NCBI GenBank assembly: GCA_045586685.1
Contig: JAZNAU010000032.1
Location: forward strand, 13,115 to 77,114
Origin: Clostridia bacterium
GTDB taxonomy: Bacteria > Bacillota > Clostridia > HGM11514
Length of the DNA stretch: 64,000 nucleotides
Direction of reading: 5' to 3'
Positions within the stretch are counted from its first letter, which is position 1. Every line of letters starts with the position of its first letter. The position numbers were made by a program, and so were the translations under genes. Shown here in pieces: positions 41,156 through 49,950 of the stretch. Below the pieces are notes generated by a model, which saw nothing but the letters and a program-made list of their open reading frames with translations, made no database searches and was not told the origin of the DNA.

Positions 41156-41179
41156 ACCCTGCCCCGAAAAGGGCAGGGT
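41156..41179. other. GC-rich hairpin downstream of the VR (IMH-associated or terminator)
   Basis: ACCCTGCCC-CGAAAA-GGGCAGGGT, a perfect 9-bp stem about 22 bp after the target stop. Confidence 0.75.
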
Positions 41180-41200
41180 ATTTATAAAGAAACTAAAGAT

Positions 41201-43318
41201 TTAAAAGTCCCGCACGAACCGAACCCGATTGGTGTCGAGCTTACAGTAGCCGTCCACGCGGCCACTGCCGAAGCTCACGCGCCAGCCGTCGTCGGAAGAG
41301 TACTCTGAACTACTCCAATAGTAGTTGGACGCTATTGTCTGACCTCCAATGGCAGTGAGAGCAGTGTTGATGGCAGTCATGTTAAGGAACATTAGGGAAA
41401 GCTGACCACACGCAGGGATGTACCAGTCTGTGTAACCTCCATTTTCTTCATTGTTAGCATCATTGAATTTATTCAGGAGGATACCCATTGGTGCATAACT
41501 CTTGTTGCTGCTTGTACCATTGGTAGTAATTGTTTTTATGACATCAGAATTTGCCTTGCCATTAAAGTCTGACAATGCTCCGCTTGTCCATGTTGTGTAG
41601 TCCCCGGAAAGGTTTGGTGTAGAACTATAGCTACCATTAGCCTGTGGCAAGTAACCATAAGAATTAGAAGCATCTGCTTTATTATATGTTGGAATACCGG
41701 TCTGGTCTGTGCCGTAACCGCCCCAATAAAGATAAGTGTAACCAGTATTTGTTGCACCGAATTCATTGTAAGCAGCCTTATATGTCTCTGTATTCTTCGT
41801 CTCGTTCTTTTCAATCCAGAACTTATGTTCACCGACAACCAATGCCACTGCAATGCACGATTCATCAGCATTGGCAACATCAATCAACGCTCCTGAAGAT
41901 GAAACTGCGTAAACTCCTGCTGTCGCAACTACCGGAATATCTTCTACACCGTCAAATGTTACAGTATAAGCTGTTGTTTGATTTTTGATTGTGATTGTTC
42001 TGACACCAGTCTCACTGTTCAATGATTGGGTCATTGTTGCAGAACCGCTACCGCTAACTTCTTTTACTCGTTTTCCTTCAACAGTAGGGGTAGCAGTGAT
42101 TGTTACCGTACCGTCTGCCGCTACGGATTTAGTTACGGTCATACCGGATTGGTCACCAGCTAATACGAGTTGGTAACTTGTACCTGCAAAGTTTACGGTT
42201 ACGTTGGACTGAAGGCTACTTACTGTAACTGTTCGGATTCCGCTTGTTGCATCGATGGATTGTGAAACGGTTGCAGTACCTTCATAGCTGACTTCATTTA
42301 CGGGTTTGCCATAGACGAATGGCACAGCTTTGATCGTTAATGTTGTACCGCTGACAGTATTGGCCAAAGCTATATCTGTAAGGTTTCCGGCAATGGTCAC
42401 TTTATATCCGAGATCAATTACCGGATTACCTGATTCGTTGTAACCCCAATCGCCTACGGTTACACCTGACAATTCAAGGCTTGTTGAATTGACGGTAACA
42501 GTGTATTTATAGATATTGCTTTTGGATAGTGTCAGGGCATCGGTCGTAACGGAATATGTCTTTCCATCAATAACTACTTTCAGAGTCAGAGCTGCGTTTG
42601 TTCCTGTTGGAACCACAATAACATCGGCATTCTGTTCGGTTGTTGTAAGCGAAATGCCTTTGGTCACAGATATTTCATTTCCACTGCCGGTAAAATTACT
42701 GAGTGTCCCGGTCTTGGAATTCATGGTAGCTCCTGTAGCTGCAGCTGTACTTGTTACGGATACGGAAGTAACTGTACCTGTTCCTGTATATGTTCCTTTC
42801 TTCAAGGCGAAACGGATGGCAGAAAGAGCATGATTCATGGTTATATCCACTTCTGATTCCGCATCATATACACCGGTTACTTCTGTAGCATACATATAGT
42901 CAGTCTGTGTGCCAGTTTCAACCGGAACTGCTGTAATGTCGGTTACGCTTGAAGAGTATGGATAATATGCATATACATTACCCGGAGTGGCTGAAAGTAG
43001 GATATTACTGCTCCCTGTCCAAGTCTGAGAGGTTGTACCATCAGCTGTAAACTTGATGTTAGAATAAGTCTTCCCGTCATAATCGTTGCCGTCAGAGGCA
43101 AGTAAGGTTACCCCTATTTCGCTGTTGTCCGGTAAGTAGGTTTCTTCAATCAATGCCCTCGAAGCCGTAATTGCGGATGTATTGACATTGAGTTTCAACT
43201 GGTTTTGGGAACTGGTCAGTTCATTCAACTGTCCCTCCTGGTCTGAAGTGCAAGCCGTAAAAGTATAATTCACGACAGTCATTGCCATAATAAAGGCATA
43301 GAAAAATAACTTTCTCAT
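41201..43318 (-). CDS. DGR target: fimbrillin lipoprotein with C-terminal variable (C-lectin/DUF1566-like) domain
   Basis: Lipobox FTAC, fimbrillin domain, Thr-rich beta repeats, then WYIPACGQL, YWSSSE and RVRFVRDF. Confidence 0.92.
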   Translation of the reverse strand: MRKLFFYAFIMAMTVVNYTFTACTSDQEGQLNELTSSQNQLKLNVNTSAITASRALIEETYLPDNSEIGVTLLASDGNDYDGKTYSNIKFTADGTTSQTWTGSSNILLSATPGNVYAYYPYSSSVTDITAVPVETGTQTDYMYATEVTGVYDAESEVDITMNHALSAIRFALKKGTYTGTGTVTSVSVTSTAAATGATMNSKTGTLSNFTGSGNEISVTKGISLTTTEQNADVIVVPTGTNAALTLKVVIDGKTYSVTTDALTLSKSNIYKYTVTVNSTSLELSGVTVGDWGYNESGNPVIDLGYKVTIAGNLTDIALANTVSGTTLTIKAVPFVYGKPVNEVSYEGTATVSQSIDATSGIRTVTVSSLQSNVTVNFAGTSYQLVLAGDQSGMTVTKSVAADGTVTITATPTVEGKRVKEVSGSGSATMTQSLNSETGVRTITIKNQTTAYTVTFDGVEDIPVVATAGVYAVSSSGALIDVANADESCIAVALVVGEHKFWIEKNETKNTETYKAAYNEFGATNTGYTYLYWGGYGTDQTGIPTYNKADASNSYGYLPQANGSYSSTPNLSGDYTTWTSGALSDFNGKANSDVIKTITTNGTSSNKSYAPMGILLNKFNDANNEENGGYTDWYIPACGQLSLMFLNMTAINTALTAIGGQTIASNYYWSSSEYSSDDGWRVSFGSGRVDGYCKLDTNRVRFVRDF
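41208..41332 (-). repeat. DGR variable repeat (VR)
   Basis: 21 mismatches to the TR, all at TR adenines (13 A>G, 4 A>C, 4 A>T). Confidence 0.96.
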
Positions 43319-43352
43319 CTTACATAATTTTAATTGATTAAAATAATTTGTC

Positions 43353-43437
43353 GCAAATTAAATGTGGCGTGTTATCAAAAAACTCACTTCTGGTAAAAAG
43401 GTGCAAAAAAAGTCCCGTGATTCACATCACAGGACTT
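43353..43437 (-). repeat. Terminator+promoter repeat, copy 3 (upstream of the DGR target)
   Basis: Same hairpin and GATAAC-N13-TTTG motif, with a diverged spacer. Confidence 0.85.
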
Positions 43438-43448
43438 TCATTCTCTTA

Positions 43449-43706
43449 TCATCTATATTGTTGCAATTCATCTTGTATGCTTAAAATTGATTTTATGGCG
43501 TTTCTCAAATGCTCGTTCTCTTTTTTCAGTTGGTTCCTTTCTTCCATCATTTCCTTATAAAGTTTCACGATTCTTGAGTATCCTTTACATACAGCCAACA
43601 TGGCCTTTGAAGCTTGCTTATATCCGGTTTCTCTGATGGCAGTCTGTATAGCCTCCCTATCATCATCTGTAAGATTTCGTATAAGGACATTCTTTATCTG
43701 TAACAT
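43449..43706 (-). CDS. Small protein, possible RHH plus coiled coil
   Basis: 85 aa, NVLIRNLTDDDREAI. Confidence 0.6.
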   Translation of the reverse strand: MLQIKNVLIRNLTDDDREAIQTAIRETGYKQASKAMLAVCKGYSRIVKLYKEMMEERNQLKKENEHLRNAIKSILSIQDELQQYR

Positions 43707-43716
43707 GACTTCTTCC

Positions 43717-44217
43717 CTATTGTTGTTCTGATAACAAATGACATAATTCTTTGGATTCCTTCCATGTGTTTGGCTTTATTGATAACAAAGTTTCCAATTC
43801 TTTTCTTGTCAAGTTCCGGCATATCTTCTGGCAAATACGCTGTATATTCTTTTCCTCTTCAAGAGAACGGGTTGGTTCCGTTCCTTCTGTGATGACAGCC
43901 CATAATTGAAAGGATTCATCTTCAAAACATTTGTCCTTCTTACCGGACTTATATTCCTTTATAGCCCAGCCAACCGTGAATAACGTCATTATCAATGATA
44001 TAATGACATATTTCAAATCTCCGTTCTCTATCAATCCATTATAAATCCAAACTCCTGTCGAGATTATGGCCACAATAGTTCCAATAGGAATAATGACCAT
44101 CCATCCGTCCAGTTTTTTATTTATTATCACAGAACCGGCTGACAACATTACGATACCCAGACTTCCGTAAAAAGCCCCTTTAATTACATCCAAAAAAGTT
44201 ATAGCATCCATAATCAA
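43717..44217 (-). CDS. Membrane protein (3 TM)
   Basis: 166 aa with a hydrophobic N-terminal half. Confidence 0.65.
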   Translation of the reverse strand: MIMDAITFLDVIKGAFYGSLGIVMLSAGSVIINKKLDGWMVIIPIGTIVAIISTGVWIYNGLIENGDLKYVIISLIMTLFTVGWAIKEYKSGKKDKCFEDESFQLWAVITEGTEPTRSLEEEKNIQRICQKICRNLTRKELETLLSIKPNTWKESKELCHLLSEQQ

Positions 44218-44236
44218 ATGTTATTAGAAACAGACC

Positions 44237-44380
44237 TTATTCATTTTTTGGAATATCACCACGTCTGCGGTGATATTCGTCCAACATCTCCTTGTTCCGC
44301 TTGTATATACCCCATCCTCTCGCTGCGAGTATACCTCCTATCAAAGCTAACACTAATGGTAAAAATTTGATCAATTCCAT
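44237..44380 (-). CDS. Single-TM peptide (47 aa)
   Basis: MELIKFLPLVLALIGGILAARGWGIYKRNKEMLDEYHRRRGDIPKNE, directly after the tRNA. Confidence 0.55.
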   Translation of the reverse strand: MELIKFLPLVLALIGGILAARGWGIYKRNKEMLDEYHRRRGDIPKNE

Positions 44381-44405
44381 ATTATTATAAATATTACGTT
44401 TATAG

Positions 44406-44477
44406 TACTCCGAAGGGGAATCGAACCCCTATTGAGCGTTTAGGAAACGCTTGTTCTATCCGTTGAACTATCGGAGC
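44406..44477 (-). tRNA. tRNA-Arg (anticodon CCT)
   Basis: Acceptor stem GCTCCGA/TCGGAGT, D-arm, anticodon arm AGCGT-TTCCTAA-ACGCT and T-arm GGGGTTCGATTCCCC. CCA is not encoded. Confidence 0.93.
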
Positions 44478-44489
44478 TTAAATTTAAAC

Positions 44490-44789
44490 TTATTTTATAG
44501 AGTTTTTGATATTATATAATGAATTATTCTCATCATTCGTTTTCCTGTACTTTATGATTTCTTCCGGTGAGATGTTCAGTTCTTCCAGGATGGAAGACAT
44601 CAGTTCTTTCTTGAAGAAATGCTTGTCCTCGTCCGAATATGTAAAGGTATTGTCAACACCCATGTGTATAAGCATAAGCACCGCCTGTCCCAACCATATT
44701 TGGGTATCCCCGTTCATTTCAGGCATTTTAATGATGCTTTTTGAAATTTCTTCCTTTCGTTTTTTCTTTATGGTCAATGATTTATCCAT
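44490..44789 (-). CDS. Hypothetical protein
   Basis: 99 aa in a run of small co-oriented genes. Confidence 0.55.
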   Translation of the reverse strand: MDKSLTIKKKRKEEISKSIIKMPEMNGDTQIWLGQAVLMLIHMGVDNTFTYSDEDKHFFKKELMSSILEELNISPEEIIKYRKTNDENNSLYNIKNSIK

Positions 44790-44835
44790 GATGTCAATGA
44801 ATATTTTTGAGAATACAATTCGAAAAGACTAAATC

Positions 44836-45189
44836 TTATTTTATTTTATGGTCTAATTGATGATTGTTATCCAATGACAATTCATCATTTATCTTTTCAA
44901 CAACAGTCATCAATCCGTCCACAGTTGCAACGGAACACTCGTAAAGAGTTTTTCGTGGGCCTTCGAAATAAAGATGTATGTCAATTCTTTTCAACCCCTT
45001 GAAATGAATTTTACGTTCCTCCCCGCAAATCTGTGTTGGTACACTTATAGGTTTCTTGAAACGACTGAAACCTTTTTCTTCCATTTTGCTGAGTTCAGCA
45101 ATAATATCATCTTTCAGATTATTGTATTTTTGTGTCAACGAGTTTTTTGATTGTCTTGCCAATCTCTTTATTTCTTTTCCAGTTTCCAT
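44836..45189 (-). CDS. Hypothetical protein
   Basis: 117 aa, in operon context. Confidence 0.6.
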   Translation of the reverse strand: METGKEIKRLARQSKNSLTQKYNNLKDDIIAELSKMEEKGFSRFKKPISVPTQICGEERKIHFKGLKRIDIHLYFEGPRKTLYECSVATVDGLMTVVEKINDELSLDNNHQLDHKIK

Positions 45190-45209
45190 TGTTTCTTAAT
45201 TTAATTATA

Positions 45210-45572
45210 CTATTTTAGTTGAATTTTCTTCCAAATGTCTTTAAATTGAGTTACCGCATATTGCACTAACTCTGGTGACTTCAACTGAAGACGACTTCCG
45301 TGTCCACCCACAGCACTATGCAGACCATATTTTGTGCCGAACCAAGTGAATTCTCCTGTAACCATGTAGAACCAGGGATAATACTTTCTTCCATCATTGT
45401 CCCAGTTTGGTTTCCAACCTTCATTAAGAGCTTCGATGATAACATACATCTTATACAAAGCCTCGAAGTGCTCTTGCATATCTTCAGGAAAGATGGAAAA
45501 GTCCGGTGTTTCTGTCCGTCCTGTTGCAGCTTGAGCGTCTTCAAACGTTTTTATTCTGTCTCTGATATCCAT
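45210..45572 (-). CDS. Hypothetical phage/ICE-type protein
   Basis: DRIKTFEDA..ALNEGWKPNW..KYYPWF..GSRL motif set. Confidence 0.7.
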   Translation of the reverse strand: MDIRDRIKTFEDAQAATGRTETPDFSIFPEDMQEHFEALYKMYVIIEALNEGWKPNWDNDGRKYYPWFYMVTGEFTWFGTKYGLHSAVGGHGSRLQLKSPELVQYAVTQFKDIWKKIQLK

Positions 45573-45612
45573 AATTTACTAATTAATCATTTTTAGGTGA
45601 CATGTATGAAAT

Positions 45613-45849
45613 TTAATCCGGAAGTTTCACCTTTTCCGATTCTTCTTTTTGGAATGCACGGAAATCCGGAATGACATTTCCTTCAAGGTCTTTAATGAAC
45701 TCGCTTCTACACCCCAAACTGCGGGCTTCAGCTGCATAAGCCATAAGTGCAGTCATTGCACAGGCATCCGTACCTGTAAGGACGAATACCGGTATTTCAT
45801 TTTCAACGCATCGGTTGAGCAGTTTTCTTTGGTCTTTTGTTGCTGCCAT
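45613..45849 (-). CDS. Hypothetical protein
   Basis: 78 aa, IPVFVLTGTDACA..KLPD. Confidence 0.65.
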   Translation of the reverse strand: MAATKDQRKLLNRCVENEIPVFVLTGTDACAMTALMAYAAEARSLGCRSEFIKDLEGNVIPDFRAFQKEESEKVKLPD

Positions 45850-45858
45850 ATTACAATA

Positions 45859-46029
45859 CTAATTATGTCCAACATTAGGGAAGTTGTTATTCCTCTGTCC
45901 CTTCAATTCTGCTATGATATGTTCCAAACGCTCATATTCAAGTCTTCCACTTTCATAGCTTGTATCAATGCAATCCCTACAGAATTCCATTCTCCTGATT
46001 TTTTCTTCCAATGTTTCCTTCATGGTCAT
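45859..46029 (-). CDS. Small hypothetical protein
   Basis: Start taken at MTMKETLEEK, coupled to the upstream stop. Confidence 0.45.
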   Translation of the reverse strand: MTMKETLEEKIRRMEFCRDCIDTSYESGRLEYERLEHIIAELKGQRNNNFPNVGHN

Positions 46030-46223
46030 TATGGTATAAGTTTCATTTGGTTTTCCGGAACTCCGATCATTGTCCAGTTCTTTCCGTCCTTCCCTTTGTA
46101 ATCTACGGAATATTCTCTCTCGAATGTACACAAGTTGTAATCCCAATCCTTAACTGTACCGGTTATCACTTTGCCCCTGCATTTTACAGTAACCTTCTGT
46201 CCTTTGCTGAATAATGGTTTCAT
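46029..46223 (-). CDS. Small SH3-like beta protein
   Basis: FSKGQKVTV..GTVKD..YSVDY..GVPENQM. First gene after a class-2 promoter. Confidence 0.6.
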   Translation of the reverse strand: MKPLFSKGQKVTVKCRGKVITGTVKDWDYNLCTFEREYSVDYKGKDGKNWTMIGVPENQMKLIP

Positions 46224-46251
46224 ATAATTTCATTTCTTTATTATCACAGCA

Positions 46252-46283
46252 CAAAGGTATATATAATAAACGATACTACCAAA
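46252..46283 (-). promoter_or_regulatory. Class-2 promoter
   Basis: TTTG-GTAGTATCGTTTATTATATA-TACCTTTG. Confidence 0.75.
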
Positions 46284-46340
46284 TAATAATATATAAATAA
46301 TTAAATAAAGATAAAAATAAAAGTGTATATATCTATATAA

Positions 46341-47177
46341 TTATATAAGTTTTACTTGGAAATCTTCATTAAGAAGCATGGCTCTCTGGATTGTATGCCC
46401 GTCTTTGGTATGGAATTCCTTTATTCCGGTTTTCCTCTGCGAACAAAGCATCTTCACATCTTCCACTGTTGTTTTTCGTCCGAAGATGTTCCTCCATATT
46501 ACGAAATCACATTTGACGAGCATATTACGGAAATTACTGCAATTATATCCCTTTACTCCGGCATATATGAAACCTCCGCATTTAGGACACTTGCATATTT
46601 TCCCGTCAAGGGTGAAGTTACCGTTCTCCTGTAACACCAGACAGGATGAAAATTCTTTTCCGTTGGCAATAAAGCCGTCAAGTACTTCTGTCCTCCCGTA
46701 TTCGAGGCATTCTTCCGCTTCGGGTATGGATATTTCCCTTCCGCAAATTTCTTTCGGAATCCATACACCACAATGTTCATTCTCTTCCTTGAAGAAATTT
46801 TCACAAGCATACCCTTTCTGCATTTCCTTCACTTTACCTCCACATTTGGGACATCTGACGCTCAGAATGGCATTTTCACCCACGACCTTTATCTTATTGC
46901 CGACAAGTTTCAGTATGGCGGTAAAGGGTTTCCCGTCCAAGGTATGAAAATTACGCTTCCCTGTTTTCCCTGCTGTTATAAGTTCCACAGCATCGTCTTC
47001 TGTTAGTACATATCCGTCGTATGACTGGAAAATTGTGAATGTACATTTGTCCTGAAGGTTCTTGAAATAGTCACAAGTCCATCCTGCCGAACCTTGCAGC
47101 ATCTGTCCTTTATGGCATACCGGGCATTCTCCGATTCGGTGAAGGACAACTTCCAAAGGCAAATCGTTCTGGTTCAT
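46341..47177 (-). CDS. Stand-alone topoisomerase C-terminal Zn-ribbon repeat protein
   Basis: Three CPxC...C..C.F.IW units like the TopB C-terminus, with no catalytic core. Confidence 0.8.
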   Translation of the reverse strand: MNQNDLPLEVVLHRIGECPVCHKGQMLQGSAGWTCDYFKNLQDKCTFTIFQSYDGYVLTEDDAVELITAGKTGKRNFHTLDGKPFTAILKLVGNKIKVVGENAILSVRCPKCGGKVKEMQKGYACENFFKEENEHCGVWIPKEICGREISIPEAEECLEYGRTEVLDGFIANGKEFSSCLVLQENGNFTLDGKICKCPKCGGFIYAGVKGYNCSNFRNMLVKCDFVIWRNIFGRKTTVEDVKMLCSQRKTGIKEFHTKDGHTIQRAMLLNEDFQVKLI

Positions 47178-47181
47178 AATA

Positions 47182-47868
47182 TCATCGGCTCATTCTGTCA
47201 ATATCCCTCTTTATCTGATTCTTGATGTTTTCACAGTTGACAAGCATATAATATTCCTTCGGTGCGAGATGACGGGCTATGTCCGCCCATCGGTACACCC
47301 TTATTTGATATTTCAAGGCTGTCAGGTTGCGGTTGATGGTGGAAAGTCTTCTGGTCACTTGTGTAAGGATCATGTTTCTTTCCGCAGAATTAAGTAGAAC
47401 GGTTCCGTCGCTTTTAGTTACCAGTCCGGAGATATAGCCATAAAGGGCACTTGTTTCCTGTGTTATTTTTGAATATTGTTTGGAAACCACGGTAGAAACG
47501 ATAGCACCCTGTGGATGTCCGACAATGGCGTCCGTACATCCTCTAAGATTGTTGTATATCTGAGTTATCAGATCTCCGCAACGGTAGATATCATATGCGT
47601 TTCTGATAATGCTCTGTGTTTCCTTCAGATAATTGTACATCTTTTCTTCATATTGTCGGATTTCATCCAACTGGACAGATATGCCGGTATTGATACCGAT
47701 AATCTGCAGCTGTTTGTCGTTTTCCTTCTTCAACTGGTTTTCCAGTGTTGTCTTCTCAAGTGCGACCGCTGCCGTCAGTGCCGGGTCAGTCTGTATCTGT
47801 GCCTTTGTCGTTTGTCCTATTGCCGCCAACAGAAAAAGGCATAATAATTTAGCGATTGGTGATTTCAT
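47182..47868 (-). CDS. Secreted conjugative-transfer protein (TraI-like)
   Basis: Signal peptide, TDPALTAAV and LLNSAER. Predicted helical. Confidence 0.6.
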   Translation of the reverse strand: MKSPIAKLLCLFLLAAIGQTTKAQIQTDPALTAAVALEKTTLENQLKKENDKQLQIIGINTGISVQLDEIRQYEEKMYNYLKETQSIIRNAYDIYRCGDLITQIYNNLRGCTDAIVGHPQGAIVSTVVSKQYSKITQETSALYGYISGLVTKSDGTVLLNSAERNMILTQVTRRLSTINRNLTALKYQIRVYRWADIARHLAPKEYYMLVNCENIKNQIKRDIDRMSR

Positions 47869-48319
47869 AGATTTTCTTCTTCTCTTTACATTGTTCGACA
47901 TGGGTACTGAGGAATTCCACAATTCTTACGTTTTCCTGTATACCGAAAATTATCAGAATCGGATGGCTCTTGTCACCGGATGTTATGACCACTTCCTTTA
48001 TCCCGAATATTTGTTGGATAAAGTTCTGCTGTTCTCTATAGTCTATTATCCGGTACAGTTCCATATAATCCGTTGTACGTTGGAAAATGCCTCTTGCAAA
48101 CTTTATCTGTGTTTCCGAGATTGACCAGGTGATGGTATTCAGGTAATACAGTCTGCCAAGCAGATATGCGAAGCATCCTAATGATACTGCCAATCCGCAT
48201 AGCATGAAGAATTTGTCCGGTAATCCTATGCATATTGTGGATACCGCCCATAGCAGCAAGCATCTGAATCCGTCAACGAACAGTTGCTTCATGGAAGGTT
48301 TCAGAATTATTTGGTTCAT
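47849..48319 (-). CDS. Membrane protein with bacterial PH domain
   Basis: Two TMs, then RGIF...ELYRIIDY..QQIFGI..DKSHP. Confidence 0.8.
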   Translation of the reverse strand: MNQIILKPSMKQLFVDGFRCLLLWAVSTICIGLPDKFFMLCGLAVSLGCFAYLLGRLYYLNTITWSISETQIKFARGIFQRTTDYMELYRIIDYREQQNFIQQIFGIKEVVITSGDKSHPILIIFGIQENVRIVEFLSTHVEQCKEKKKIYEITNR

Positions 48320-49557
48320 AATTTCCGTCCTCCCCGTCTTTGTTCCGATTCATATTCCATTTTCCTGTTCGCTTCCTCCTTTTCCTTTTCCCTGTTTCCT
48401 TCCTTTACCATCAGTACATCGTTCCAGTCCTTCATCGGCTCCGGAGCTTTCCATACCGTGAGTTTTTCCCTCAATCCGCTTCTTTCCCTGAAAGAATCAT
48501 AAGAAAGCTTTTCCAATGGGACGGTAAATGCCTTTTCTCCTAAAGTAAAGCAAACATGTTGTCCGTCTGAAAATTCCTTTATCTGACATTTCAAGTCTTT
48601 TCCCGCCATGATTGAGGCTGTTCTGCAATCATAGATGATACCGTTCAGGTCATTGTCGAAATGTAGGACAGGTTCTGCACCGGGAAAAGTTTCAAGCAGC
48701 TTCTTCATTTGTCCGTCTGCGAATGTTCCTCCGAATGAAACGAAAATACATTCATCCAGTTTGAGTCTAAGTCTGTTCACTTGTACAAACGCCATTATAT
48801 CCAATGCACTTTCTGCAATATGGATTTCATGAATCAATCCGGCATGCGGATGTGTTCCGAGGTATGCCATCCAACACGCATTGCTTGAGTTCGTCCCCTT
48901 TGCCTTTGACTTGAAGTTGTTGTATCCTCTCAGCTCATAACCTGCTATATCATCATTTCCTGGAATACGATAGGGAAAGGCAAGGTTCTTGAAATGGTAC
49001 TTGCTTTGCTTGTCATGTACCATCTCTATGGAATTTCGGAACAACTCTGCCGTTTCTCTGCTGATACCTCTTTGGGAAAGGAATTTCATGGCACTTTCCA
49101 CATTACCCTGTTCCCTGTCATATCTGTCGATGTCGAAGTCATCCGTCATGTCTTCTTCTTCCTTGTATTTACCCAGGAAATTTTCAATTTTGTAGTCCGG
49201 GTCTTCCACCACATTGGCCAGACTTGCCAATACTTTGTTGATGGCATCTATTTCATTTCTTGCTCCAGCTGCCTGTGTAAAGGATGCAAGGTTTTCCCTG
49301 ACAAAACTGATAAGGTCCCCGGAATCAACTTTCCCGGAGAGACTTCTTCTCCAATAACCCTGTGTTGCATTGTCATGAGGGTTTTTTATATAGATACTGT
49401 CCAACTCACCGCCTTTCCCGTCCGGAAGAATGAAATGGGGCTGTGTCTTGCTTCCTTTCTTCAATCTGCCTTTCGACGGATCATACTTGTATCCGATATG
49501 TATTGCGGCATCAATGACACCGACACGTTCCTTGTAATATGCATAGTCATACTTCAT
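48316..49557 (-). CDS. Toprim-domain primase-like protein
   Basis: ESALD, HFDNDLNG and KDWND. Basic tail RRGGRKL. Confidence 0.8.
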   Translation of the reverse strand: MKYDYAYYKERVGVIDAAIHIGYKYDPSKGRLKKGSKTQPHFILPDGKGGELDSIYIKNPHDNATQGYWRRSLSGKVDSGDLISFVRENLASFTQAAGARNEIDAINKVLASLANVVEDPDYKIENFLGKYKEEEDMTDDFDIDRYDREQGNVESAMKFLSQRGISRETAELFRNSIEMVHDKQSKYHFKNLAFPYRIPGNDDIAGYELRGYNNFKSKAKGTNSSNACWMAYLGTHPHAGLIHEIHIAESALDIMAFVQVNRLRLKLDECIFVSFGGTFADGQMKKLLETFPGAEPVLHFDNDLNGIIYDCRTASIMAGKDLKCQIKEFSDGQHVCFTLGEKAFTVPLEKLSYDSFRERSGLREKLTVWKAPEPMKDWNDVLMVKEGNREKEKEEANRKMEYESEQRRGGRKL

Positions 49558-49868
49558 ATACCCATTCCTTTCTTGTTTTCTTTGTTTATGCGGAGAATCG
49601 CTTCATCCGCCTTTTCCTTTATTTTTCCGTTGGTTTCTGTGAGTTCCTTCATTATCTCCTCTTTCCTTTCTTGTTTTCCTTGTAGCTGAAATTCTTTCGA
49701 GCGGAAGTCCGTGTAAAGATTCTTGAGGTCATATTTGCTCAGGAATGTATCACGCTCCAAATTTAGGGTTTTATTTCCATATATATCGGAAATGCCTTGA
49801 AAACCTTTCCTTGCAATCCATTCCAGTTTTTCCCTGTCCGGAGAAGTTTTTGTAGGAACCTTTTTCAT
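49554..49868 (-). CDS. Hypothetical protein
   Basis: 104 aa ending KKGMGI. Confidence 0.6.
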   Translation of the reverse strand: MKKVPTKTSPDREKLEWIARKGFQGISDIYGNKTLNLERDTFLSKYDLKNLYTDFRSKEFQLQGKQERKEEIMKELTETNGKIKEKADEAILRINKENKKGMGI

Positions 49869-49950
49869 TTCCCTGTCATTTTTCCGTTCCTCATTACTAT
49901 CTCGATGAGACGGTTTTCAAATTTTTCATCCATAAGCCCAAATATTATAA

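Noticed and set aside
44406-44477. tRNA as an integration (att) site
   Set aside because: No integrase is nearby and there is no duplicated tRNA 3' end in the window.
45210-45572. Second DGR target
   Set aside because: The C-terminus looks variable-region-like but has no nucleotide similarity to this TR. No other VR copy was seen in the window.
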